Assembly: GCA_013202585.1 (NCBI GenBank)
Contig: JABMPQ010000072.1
Span: 5,729-37,728, forward strand
Length of the DNA: 32,000 nt
From: Parcubacteria group bacterium
Lineage (GTDB): Bacteria; Patescibacteriota; JABMPQ01
Direction of reading: 5' to 3'
Part shown: in pieces, positions 8,584-16,041 of the stretch
How positions within the stretch are numbered: the stretch's first letter is position 1
Layout of the letters: the number at the start of each line of letters is the position of its first letter
Position numbers and translations under genes: made by a program
The notes under the pieces: model-generated
What the model saw: only the letters and a program-made list of their open reading frames with translations
Told to the model about the DNA's origin: nothing
Databases searched by the model: none

Positions 8584-9336
8584 TTAATAAACATTCCCAT
8601 TAGCCAAATTAATACTCAACTCCGTATAATATTTCAAGTTCTGTCGCTGCGTCACTGTCAATTTATCACACACCCAGTCCCAGTGAATCGTCACCCAATC
8701 ACCTGCCTTGAGTCCATTCACAAAGCTACTATCATTCTTCTGCCACTGACACCATTTGTCTGTTGCCTCACCCAGCGCGAGCTTGCCGTCCGTGTGCACT
8801 AATGGATAATATTTAACCAATACTTTGCCGTCGTCTACCTGCTTGACCTGCCCCCAGCTAATCTTACAAGCATCCATCGTCTCCACCGTATGCTCGACTG
8901 GATAATGGCCGGTGCGCTTGGGGATACTAATAACGTGAAAATTATGATGGGGCAGCGCGCCCTCCGGTATCGTCCCGACCACTTTGGCAAACAGCTCTGG
9001 CTTGAGCTTTTTCTTTAACTCTTGTACTTCTACCAAGTGATCATACAGCTGACTCTTCTGCACCTCCGTTAGTAAACTATTTCCTAGCCAATAGGCCTCA
9101 CTCACGCGGTAATCAAATATATCTTCGATCTTGTTGGCCTCAGCAATCAACTTCAGATATGGATACAATGTCGCAAAGTCCTCTAATATCTCCGTCAGTC
9201 CCGTATCACTTTGACCCGTAGCAGCGTATTCAAATAAATTGAAATTATCATCTCCGCCGCAATACTGCAGCTTATTTGGCATATAGGCGTAACGGCTACA
9301 GAGAACCGCGCCGTCATGAGGCGTGAGTGGATACAT
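8584..9336 (-). CDS. Conserved hypothetical protein inside the hydrogenase cluster
   Basis: 250-aa ORF overlapping the upstream EamA gene by 23 nt. The C-terminal roughly 80 aa show a HypC-like pattern (see findings). Confidence 0.55.
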   Translation of the reverse strand: MYPLTPHDGAVLCSRYAYMPNKLQYCGGDDNFNLFEYAATGQSDTGLTEILEDFATLYPYLKLIAEANKIEDIFDYRVSEAYWLGNSLLTEVQKSQLYDHLVEVQELKKKLKPELFAKVVGTIPEGALPHHNFHVISIPKRTGHYPVEHTVETMDACKISWGQVKQVDDGKVLVKYYPLVHTDGKLALGEATDKWCQWQKNDSSFVNGLKAGDWVTIHWDWVCDKLTVTQRQNLKYYTELSINLANGNVY

Positions 9337-10228
9337 GTGGTACAGCTAATTTCTTCTCTAAATGATACGTATAGGCCACAAATACTATTACCGCCACCAA
9401 GCTCAGCCCTATTCCTAGCCATTTCTCTGGTGTTGGTAGGACGCCCTTATAAATAGCGTTCAGGATGGTCGTAATCGGTGAGGCTAGCACTAATACGCTA
9501 GCTACTACTGATACCTTCTCGTAGGCCAAGGCGTGATACCAAGTCAACACGTAGCCACTCAAGAAAAGCACGCTGAGTCCGATCCAGAGCCACTGAGTAG
9601 TGCCGAGGGTAAAAATACCGGCAAATCCAGAGGTAAGGCTAAGATATGTTAGTAAAATGATCGAGCCAAAAAACATTCGCGCCCAAGCCACGATCTTGGG
9701 GTCAACAGTGCTCAGAGTCTTCTTGGCGATTACATTTTCTACTGACCATAATAAAGTTGCAGCTAATATCATTATCTCCGCCCAGCCAAAGGTAAATGCT
9801 TTGATACCAACTACCAGTCCAATGCCGATCAGCAACACTCCTAGAGCTAGCCACTGCACCTTGCCTAATTTTTCACGCAAGAAAAATATCGCCAAGACTG
9901 ACGCCCAAATAAATAATGTCTTATGAATAAAGCCAGCCATCGCCGGAGTAGTCAGACTCAATCCTTTGAAAAATAGTAAAAACGGAATACTACCGCCAAT
10001 AGTTCCGATGGCCAGTAGCTTATACCAATCCTGGCGTTTTATCGCGCGTAATTTCCGCCAAGTCATTGGCAATAATACGACAGAGCACAACACAACAGCC
10101 ACCAGGACGTTCTTGAGCGTCGTGAATTGGTAGGGATCGATATTATTGGTAACAGCAAATTTGCTGAAGAAAACTGCGAACCCACTGATTATCGCTGTGG
10201 CAAATGCTAATTTGATACCTTTGGACAT
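9314..10228 (-). CDS. EamA/DMT-superfamily transporter (10 TM)
   Basis: 304 aa made of two repeated 5-TM halves, with typical EamA-like hydrophobic periodicity. Confidence 0.75.
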   Translation of the reverse strand: MSKGIKLAFATAIISGFAVFFSKFAVTNNIDPYQFTTLKNVLVAVVLCSVVLLPMTWRKLRAIKRQDWYKLLAIGTIGGSIPFLLFFKGLSLTTPAMAGFIHKTLFIWASVLAIFFLREKLGKVQWLALGVLLIGIGLVVGIKAFTFGWAEIMILAATLLWSVENVIAKKTLSTVDPKIVAWARMFFGSIILLTYLSLTSGFAGIFTLGTTQWLWIGLSVLFLSGYVLTWYHALAYEKVSVVASVLVLASPITTILNAIYKGVLPTPEKWLGIGLSLVAVIVFVAYTYHLEKKLAVPHVSTHAS

Positions 10229-10230
10229 TT

Positions 10231-10443
10231 TTATTTTGCTTTATTAAAATAATCTAATACTTCTTTGGCCTCAGCAGCTGATATTTTCTCCGTTGCTAGA
10301 TTAGCTTGGGTCAGTAACCAGTCACCCCGCTTAGCCTTGGGGACTAATTTCAAGCTCACTACTAGTGTCTTGTCATTTTGCTCCACCTCGGCTTGCTCGT
10401 CGGGTAGTAGCTTCTTAACTTGTACTGGTATTGCGAAACACAT
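10231..10443 (-). CDS. hypC: HypC/HupF hydrogenase maturation chaperone
   Basis: 70 aa. N-terminal MCFAIP is the essential Cys2 MC(L/F)xIP motif, and there is a GDWLL segment. Confidence 0.8.
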   Translation of the reverse strand: MCFAIPVQVKKLLPDEQAEVEQNDKTLVVSLKLVPKAKRGDWLLTQANLATEKISAAEAKEVLDYFNKAK

Positions 10444-10459
10444 ATATTTTAGCTTGGTG

Positions 10460-10569
10460 GAGGGCCAGTATTATTCTTTTTTTGGCTGCGGAACTCGTCG
10501 CCCTCCCGGTAAGACCGGGATGACTCCTCAGACACCCGCAGGCTGCAAAAAAGAACAACACTAACCCTC
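10460..10569 (-). repeat. ERIC/MITE-like imperfect palindromic repeat, copy A (110 nt)
   Basis: 17-bp basal arms plus a T7/A6 extension enclose the GC-rich core ...CTGCGGGTGTCTGAG-hairpin-CGAGTTCCGCAG (minus-strand reading). Lies between the hydG stop and the hypC start. The strand given is the one on which arm mismatches become G:U. Confidence 0.7.
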
Positions 10570-10577
10570 ATAAATTT

Positions 10578-11405
10578 TTATATTGCCCCCTCAATGCCTT
10601 TAATCTTATCCCAACTGAATATTGGACCATCCTTACAGACAAAGTATGAACCAACCGCACAATGTTCACATTGACCGACCCCACACTCCATCCGTCGCTC
10701 GAGCGATAAATAAATATCCTCATCAGCAAAATTATGCTTTTTCAGCTCATTTATAACAAATTTACACATCACTGGCGGACCACAGACGATAGCGATTGCG
10801 TCCTTGATGACCTCTGTCTTGTCGAATAACTTGGTGATCAAGCCGATATCGCAATATACACCCTCGACCTTCTCACCCTCTTTGCCTTCATCGAGGGTCA
10901 AATGCATATCAATCTTCTTGCACCATTTATCATAATCGCTTTCAAATAGCAGTCCCTCTTTGTTTTTACTACCATAAAATACTTGAATGTCTTTGGGGTA
11001 ATTATCGGGATTATCACAGGCTGTTTCCAGAAGCGAGCGAAAAGGGATCATACCAATGCCGCCAGCGATGATTAGTGTATTTCTCTTCTTAATCTCGTCT
11101 GTCGGAAAACCATAACCATAGGGACCACGCACGCCAATCGTATCGCCTATCTTTAGCTCGTGCAGACGCTTCGTTAGTAATCCGATCTCCCGTACGCAGA
11201 TCTCAAAGTATTTACGCTCACTGGCCGATGAACAATAAGCCACCGGCGCTTCACCATAACCGGGCAGTGATATTTCAAGTATCTGGCCAGGATAGAATTC
11301 TGGTACGTCACTATTAACCATTTCCAGTCGAAAAAGCTTCACATCCGGAGTATCCACGGTGATTTTAGTGATCTTAGCCTCTTCGGTTTGATATTGATTT
11401 TTCAT
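10578..11405 (-). CDS. hydG: Hydrogenase gamma subunit-like FAD/NAD(P)-binding oxidoreductase with C-terminal 2Fe-2S
   Basis: 275 aa with a ferredoxin-NADP reductase-like fold pattern (GGIGMIPF) and the C-terminal cluster CGVGQCEHCAVGSYFVCKDG. Confidence 0.8.
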   Translation of the reverse strand: MKNQYQTEEAKITKITVDTPDVKLFRLEMVNSDVPEFYPGQILEISLPGYGEAPVAYCSSASERKYFEICVREIGLLTKRLHELKIGDTIGVRGPYGYGFPTDEIKKRNTLIIAGGIGMIPFRSLLETACDNPDNYPKDIQVFYGSKNKEGLLFESDYDKWCKKIDMHLTLDEGKEGEKVEGVYCDIGLITKLFDKTEVIKDAIAIVCGPPVMCKFVINELKKHNFADEDIYLSLERRMECGVGQCEHCAVGSYFVCKDGPIFSWDKIKGIEGAI

Positions 11406-11437
11406 GAATTAGATTCGATATTGCTTTAAATACTCTA

Positions 11438-11574
11438 AGGGATAATGTATTGTTCTTTTTCACAGCCTGCCCGCAATGCCTCGCGGCTAGCGATGGCAGG
11501 CGGGCTGCGGGTGTCTGAGCCCCGCCTCAGCGGGGCGAGTTCCGCAGCAAGAAAAAGAGTAATGCATTATCCCT
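11438..11574 (+). repeat. ERIC/MITE-like imperfect palindromic repeat, copy B (137 nt, with extra nested hairpin)
   Basis: The 23-bp basal stem (11438-11460 with 11552-11574) has 3 G:U pairs on the plus strand. It has the same core ends as copies A and C. Lies between the hydB stop and the hydG start. Confidence 0.7.
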
Positions 11575-11580
11575 CACCAG

Positions 11581-12576
11581 CTACAGTGCCCCCACCGGAT
11601 CACTATCTACAATCTTCTGCAATGTTTCATTGATATCAATTCCTACCGGACAAGTGCGGGTACAACGTCCGCAACCTACGCAACCAGGCAGGCCATACTG
11701 CTCTGGAATCCGCACAAATTTATGATAATACCAGAAATGAATCCGCTGAGCGGTATTTTCCAGGAACACGTGATCACCCGCCACTTCCGAAAACTCACGG
11801 TAAAAACATGAATCCCAACAACGCGTGCGCTCGCCTTCTCCTTCCGTTAAAACCGCTTCATCATCAATCCGAAAGCAATAACAGGTTGGGCAGGCAATAG
11901 TACACTTACCGCACTCGATACATTTCTTACCTAGCTCGTCCCAGATCTTCTGATCATGGTGATTTTTCAGCTGATCCTTGATGGCCAACGTTCTCTCTCC
12001 TAGACCTGTTTCCTTAATCGGGCCGGCGAATTGGATATGTTCGTAGTTAGAAAATCCAAATTTATCCAGCACCTCTTGTCCGTCCTCCGAACCAGTCATG
12101 ACGCGAAAGCTATCCCCTCGCTGCTCAAAAAAAATATCAAATTCTAAATGTTCGAGGATATCTTCTTCTAGCTTTTCCGAAAATACCTTAAAAGTCTTGG
12201 CGTCTTGCTCCGGAGCTACGCTTTGCCCTATGATCAACGTATTTCTCTTACGTCGCTGATAATAGGGATCTTTCTCATAAACATGATGAAATAGATTCAA
12301 CGCCTTGAGATCAAAAGTCGTCAGCCCAAAGGCTACTTGCTGCGGATAATCGTCTGACACCTCATTCAATTTTGCCCCCTGATAATCAAATAACTTCTCG
12401 CAAGGTGGTAGAAAGACCTTTTTCCAAGAATGATCAGTTAAGCAGCCATTTAGGACTAAATCAGCTGGCTGGGCTATTTTTTCCACCTCAAGAACGGAGC
12501 CTTTTTGAACAGGTCCGTAGACGACGTTATCTTGGAGAAGATATTCTAAAAATTTAGTGAGTTGATCTTTTGTCAT
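11581..12576 (-). CDS. hydB: Hydrogenase beta subunit-like 4Fe-4S dicluster protein (AsrA-like)
   Basis: CIECGKCTIACPTC and CVGCGRCTRTCPVG are ferredoxin motifs. I prefer the ATG at 12576 (MTKDQLTKFLEYL) because a TGcTACAAT extended -10 lies at 12598-12606. The track ORF starts at 12651. Confidence 0.8.
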   Translation of the reverse strand: MTKDQLTKFLEYLLQDNVVYGPVQKGSVLEVEKIAQPADLVLNGCLTDHSWKKVFLPPCEKLFDYQGAKLNEVSDDYPQQVAFGLTTFDLKALNLFHHVYEKDPYYQRRKRNTLIIGQSVAPEQDAKTFKVFSEKLEEDILEHLEFDIFFEQRGDSFRVMTGSEDGQEVLDKFGFSNYEHIQFAGPIKETGLGERTLAIKDQLKNHHDQKIWDELGKKCIECGKCTIACPTCYCFRIDDEAVLTEGEGERTRCWDSCFYREFSEVAGDHVFLENTAQRIHFWYYHKFVRIPEQYGLPGCVGCGRCTRTCPVGIDINETLQKIVDSDPVGAL

Positions 12577-12597
12577 GATTTCCACGATAATAGAGGA

Positions 12598-12606
12598 ATT
12601 GTAGCA
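12598..12606 (-). promoter_or_regulatory. Putative extended -10 promoter element (TGCTACAAT) for hydB
   Basis: The reverse complement of 12598-12606 reads TGCTACAAT, 21 nt upstream of the ATG at 12576. Confidence 0.35.
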
Positions 12607-12712
12607 TAAATATGATTGGGATGAAATAAAATTGGCTAATAGACTAGACAATATTGATATAAGAGATAAAATGTAAATCTAATATTCACCCTTCCCTTAA
12701 ATCAACTATATT

Positions 12713-12721
12713 TGCTATAAT
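12713..12721 (+). promoter_or_regulatory. Putative extended -10 promoter element (TGCTATAAT) for the plus-strand gene at 12780
   Basis: TGCTATAAT at 12713-12721, about 58 nt upstream of the ATG. AGGAGG RBS at 12764-12769. Confidence 0.4.
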
Positions 12722-12779
12722 TCAGTATTCTACATTCAGAAAGCACAAATGAAAACTACAAACAGGAGGTAGCATTATT

Positions 12780-13250
12780 ATGTCCGCTACAGAGATAAAA
12801 GTGTTAGTGCAGTTCAGCTTTGGAATTGGTGGGGGCGAGTCCGCTTTTGCTGGAAGCTTTTCAGCAGGAGAGGACTGTGTTATCAGTGAATTCCATGGCC
12901 AAGGATATGCCTGGGTTCTGATAGAGAACAAGGGAGCATTCTTCCTTATCGTCATCGACTTTGGTCATTCCGATGATTGCGGTGGGAACTCTGTTAATTT
13001 CTTCCCTGACGCCAAAAAAGGACTCAGGATCCAACTGGAAAGAGTGCGGAGAGACATAGCCCTAGCTCGAAGAGATGGTGTGTACGATCTTCCTGAGCCT
13101 GCTCAAAGACTACGAGAAGATATACAAGAGGGACGGCGAGATGATCCTCTTCCCTCTGATCCTCCGTTTAAAGTGGCCATGGAGGAGGAGGAGGAAAGGA
13201 GGCTACTGGAAGCACTCAAACTGGCACGAGAAAGCATAGATCCAAAGTAG
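12780..13250 (+). CDS. Hypothetical protein (156 aa), Gly-rich N-terminus and acidic/Arg-rich C-terminus
   Basis: Perfect AGGAGG lies 10 nt upstream of the ATG, and a hairpin plus T6 terminator follows. I recognise no family. Confidence 0.55.
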   Translation: MSATEIKVLVQFSFGIGGGESAFAGSFSAGEDCVISEFHGQGYAWVLIENKGAFFLIVIDFGHSDDCGGNSVNFFPDAKKGLRIQLERVRRDIALARRDGVYDLPEPAQRLREDIQEGRRDDPLPSDPPFKVAMEEEEERRLLEALKLARESIDPK

Positions 13251-13268
13251 CTGCTCTTTAGCCGAAAG

Positions 13269-13292
13269 GACTTGTTGTTACAGGTCTTTTTT
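13269..13292 (+). terminator. Intrinsic terminator after the 12780-13250 gene
   Basis: GACTTGT-TGTT-ACAGGTC forms a 7-bp stem (one G:U) followed by TTTTTT. Confidence 0.5.
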
Positions 13293-13302
13293 ATTTGGTA
13301 TT

Positions 13303-13325
13303 AAAAAAGAGTTACTTGCGTAACC
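13303..13325 (-). terminator. Intrinsic terminator after the 13345-13998 gene
   Basis: The minus strand reads GGTTAC-GCAA-GTAACT (GNRA loop) followed by CTTTTTT. Confidence 0.45.
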
Positions 13326-13344
13326 CTATAGACACAATCTCCTT

Positions 13345-13998
13345 CTACCAAATAGCACCACGTAATTGATCACCTATATCCCTTGGTATAGATGCGGTGA
13401 ATTTATGCGATAGCTTGTAGGCATCTGTCCAGATGTCTATTTCCTCGTCTGAACTGCGGGCTAGCTTCAATATCAATTCATCCTTGTCTCGGACGTCTTG
13501 ACACGGCATTTTTCCCAGACTACGTTCAGCGAAGAACCGTAGATCACTACCAATCGACTCCAAAATATGGTTAATCGATTTTATCTTGCGTTCCTCACTT
13601 GTTATGTGCACCGTGAACTTTATGTCCCGCTGAACAGTCGTTACCTCGACAAGGCCACCAACTTCTTCCATTACCGTCCCCGGTCTTTCCTGGCATTCCT
13701 CTTCATGTGTCACGGTACTAATACTTATCGGTTCAGAAAGTGCTACTTCACCTAACATAAGTAGCATTCCCGCGAATTCGACATCTCTGCCTATAGTTCC
13801 CGTCGTAATCTCATGACCTACCGATCTAGTCAACCCCCGGGACATGTCCAGCATTTTGAGGACATTTTTCACTGCATCAATACTAACCGAAACCAGCTCT
13901 GTCGATTTGCCCATTTTATAAATTTCCAACAAGTAGGCGAAAATCGGCACGAGATTGCAAGGTACTTTCCGTTTGACCATAGCTTTCTTCCGAGCCAT
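13345..13998 (-). CDS. Hypothetical protein (217 aa)
   Basis: AGGAGG (reverse complement of 14005-14010) lies 6 nt upstream of the ATG. I recognise no family. GC slightly above the local background. Confidence 0.55.
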   Translation of the reverse strand: MARKKAMVKRKVPCNLVPIFAYLLEIYKMGKSTELVSVSIDAVKNVLKMLDMSRGLTRSVGHEITTGTIGRDVEFAGMLLMLGEVALSEPISISTVTHEEECQERPGTVMEEVGGLVEVTTVQRDIKFTVHITSEERKIKSINHILESIGSDLRFFAERSLGKMPCQDVRDKDELILKLARSSDEEIDIWTDAYKLSHKFTASIPRDIGDQLRGAIW

Positions 13999-14041
13999 GA
14001 TTTTCCTCCTTGACGTACGTTTTTCTATCTAAACTCGTTTA

Positions 14042-14746
14042 CTATTTCCCCAACTCTTCATCAATAATCTTGGCAAAATCCTCAAAAGGATAAGCGCCCG
14101 AGATCTTACGACCATTAATGAAGGTCGCTGGTGTACCAGTCACCTCTACTGCTTGACCGTCCGTCATATCATTCTCAACCTCTTCCTTTTGCTGATCGGA
14201 ATCGAGACATTTATCAAAAGCAGCTGTTTTCAACTTGAGCTCCTTAGCATACCCTTTCAAATCAGGCACTTCCAAGCTGTCCTGATTAGCAAACAGTTCG
14301 TCATGATACTCCCAATATTTTCCTTGCTCACCGGCACATTCGGCTGCCTCGGCGGCTTTTTGGGCATCAGCGTGAAAATCTAGGGGAAAGTCACGAAAAA
14401 CAATCGCTACCTTATCACCGTATTCTTCCGCTATTTTCTCGATAGTTTCCGCATTACGCGCACAGTAAGGACATTCATAATCACTAAATTCAACTATTTG
14501 GACTTTGGCGTCTTTGCTACCTTTAACAGTGTCATCATCAATACTGACCTCGAATTCTTCTGTACCTGGTTCCGGTGGAGCCGGTGGTTCTGGCAAGGCT
14601 TCCTCAACTGAACCAGTTAAATCAGCATTGCCACTGTAAATTACCGAGCCAGCAATAATGGCACCAGCTAAAATAATGGCTACCGGCACCCAGAAGGTAT
14701 TATTCTTGGGCACTTTTTTTTGCTCCGGGGCTTTATCATCGCTCAT
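14042..14746 (-). CDS. DsbA-family thiol:disulfide oxidoreductase, membrane-anchored
   Basis: N-terminal TM helix, a thioredoxin-fold CPYC active site (YECPYCA) and a DsbA-like helical insertion. Confidence 0.8.
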   Translation of the reverse strand: MSDDKAPEQKKVPKNNTFWVPVAIILAGAIIAGSVIYSGNADLTGSVEEALPEPPAPPEPGTEEFEVSIDDDTVKGSKDAKVQIVEFSDYECPYCARNAETIEKIAEEYGDKVAIVFRDFPLDFHADAQKAAEAAECAGEQGKYWEYHDELFANQDSLEVPDLKGYAKELKLKTAAFDKCLDSDQQKEEVENDMTDGQAVEVTGTPATFINGRKISGAYPFEDFAKIIDEELGK

Positions 14747-14794
14747 ATTTTTTTATAAATTAATGATTAAGTCATTATAGCGGCCGACGACAAA

Positions 14795-15958
14795 TCAGTC
14801 TACACTATTTTGGTAAAGACTCTTAAAAATCCGCAAGCTTTCTAAATATTCTTCATTATCTTCTACGCCATCGCGGTGGAAAGTAAAATATTTTAGTATT
14901 TTCTTGGGCGGTAACTCATGAGTGACATAGCCATAATCGCGGATAGCGGTGTTCTTGATCAGATTTTCCATCGTTTTTTTATAGAAAAGTAAATTATCAC
15001 TGCTTATCCTCGTTAACGGCAAATGCTCATCAGTGCCATTATTAAAACCTTCACGGAAAAATTTAACAAGATCTGTCCAAAAAAACAGATAAAGCAATAT
15101 CTTTTTTATATCTCGACCGCTGCGCTGCGGAATATCTTTCATAAAATGACTGCGGTTATAGTGCACGTGGCAGTGAGCAATATTATCTCCCATCTTATCA
15201 ATAAACTCATTTATGTGTTCAAAGCGTCTAGTTTCTTCTTCAGAAAAGCCATGCTTTTTCAGGAATTCTCTATTTCTCACTTGAGTATTAAGATGACCCC
15301 AATCAAAAGTGATTTTAAGATTTGGATGCTTTAGCCTTTTAAAGACATACTGAAAATCGTGGTGATCCGTCATGGTGCAAGACTGCTTATTTCCCACCAC
15401 GTGCGGCATATTTTCTAAAGTTAAAGTAACGTTACGACGCGCAGCGTAATCTAGAGCCGAACTCATATTACTCATAATGTTGTCCAAAGCTCGCTCTTTA
15501 CTCACTCCTCGCCAAGCTGTTCCGGGATGAAAAACTATCAGCGGATTGTCGCCCTGGCTTAGTTCGGCCGCAATATCAATGTGCGACTTCAAAGCCTTAG
15601 TAATATAGTGCGAATCGTGGGAGAGGTTAAAATAGTACCCCTTGAGAGACTTAGGACAGGTTTCAAAACAACCATGGAAAGTGTACATCGGAAGCTTTTG
15701 TTTTTTAATCGCTTCAACTCGTTTCCACTTAGGGTTCCAGCGCCGATCGAAAAAGCCCCACAATGTCATTTCTAGCCCATCGTAGCCCCTTTTACCCTCA
15801 ATAATATCTCGATTAGGCTTAGATATCTTCTCGTCCCAACTCTTAAAAACATTCAGAAACGGCAATTCTGCTCGCAACAAATCAACCGCGATATGGGCAA
15901 TCGTGGGCATAATGACAATGTCTTCGATCAGGTGTTTGATTTCTTTATTTTTCGCCAT
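14795..15958 (-). CDS. Xylose-isomerase-like TIM-barrel (sugar phosphate isomerase/epimerase / AP-endonuclease 2 superfamily) protein
   Basis: VFHPG, LTLENM and FDWGHLN fit the metal-binding strand-end pattern of this superfamily. Specific function unknown. Confidence 0.45.
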   Translation of the reverse strand: MAKNKEIKHLIEDIVIMPTIAHIAVDLLRAELPFLNVFKSWDEKISKPNRDIIEGKRGYDGLEMTLWGFFDRRWNPKWKRVEAIKKQKLPMYTFHGCFETCPKSLKGYYFNLSHDSHYITKALKSHIDIAAELSQGDNPLIVFHPGTAWRGVSKERALDNIMSNMSSALDYAARRNVTLTLENMPHVVGNKQSCTMTDHHDFQYVFKRLKHPNLKITFDWGHLNTQVRNREFLKKHGFSEEETRRFEHINEFIDKMGDNIAHCHVHYNRSHFMKDIPQRSGRDIKKILLYLFFWTDLVKFFREGFNNGTDEHLPLTRISSDNLLFYKKTMENLIKNTAIRDYGYVTHELPPKKILKYFTFHRDGVEDNEEYLESLRIFKSLYQNSVD

Positions 15959-15997
15959 ACTAGATTAAGTTATAACAAAATAACTAATTAGGCAAAT

Positions 15998-16040
15998 AAA
16001 AAACACTAATTATACACGCTAAGTTCGCGCCGAATTAGTG
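15998..16040 (-). terminator. Intrinsic terminator at the end of the ABC/GldG-like operon
   Basis: CACTAATT (16004-16011) and AATTAGTG (16033-16040) form an 8-bp inverted repeat, followed on the minus strand by T6 (16003-15998). Confidence 0.45.
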
Positions 16041-16041
16041 C

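Noticed and set aside
10484-10546. Hammerhead ribozyme, suggested by CUGAGGA (a CUGANGA-like box) in the repeat core
   Set aside because: No GAAA element follows the putative stem II (the sequence is GACGAG). The box is UUGAGGA in copy C and CUGAGCC in copy B, so the catalytic core is not conserved.
10477-10552. The GC-rich repeat core as a bidirectional rho-independent terminator
   Set aside because: The polarity is wrong. On either strand the T-run precedes and the A-run follows the GC hairpin, and the two runs pair with each other as part of the long basal stem.
10265-11633. Plus-strand ORFs 10265-10564 and 11445-11633
   Set aside because: They are antisense to hypC or run through the GC-rich palindromic repeats. 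Their low-complexity Ala/Gly/Arg/Ser translations are a by-product of repeat composition.
12577-12651. Upstream start (12651) for the hydrogenase beta gene
   Set aside because: The extra 25 residues (MSSLLANFISSQSYLCYNSSIIVEI) look non-homologous. A TGCTACAAT extended -10 lies inside them at 12598-12606, so I prefer the ATG at 12576.
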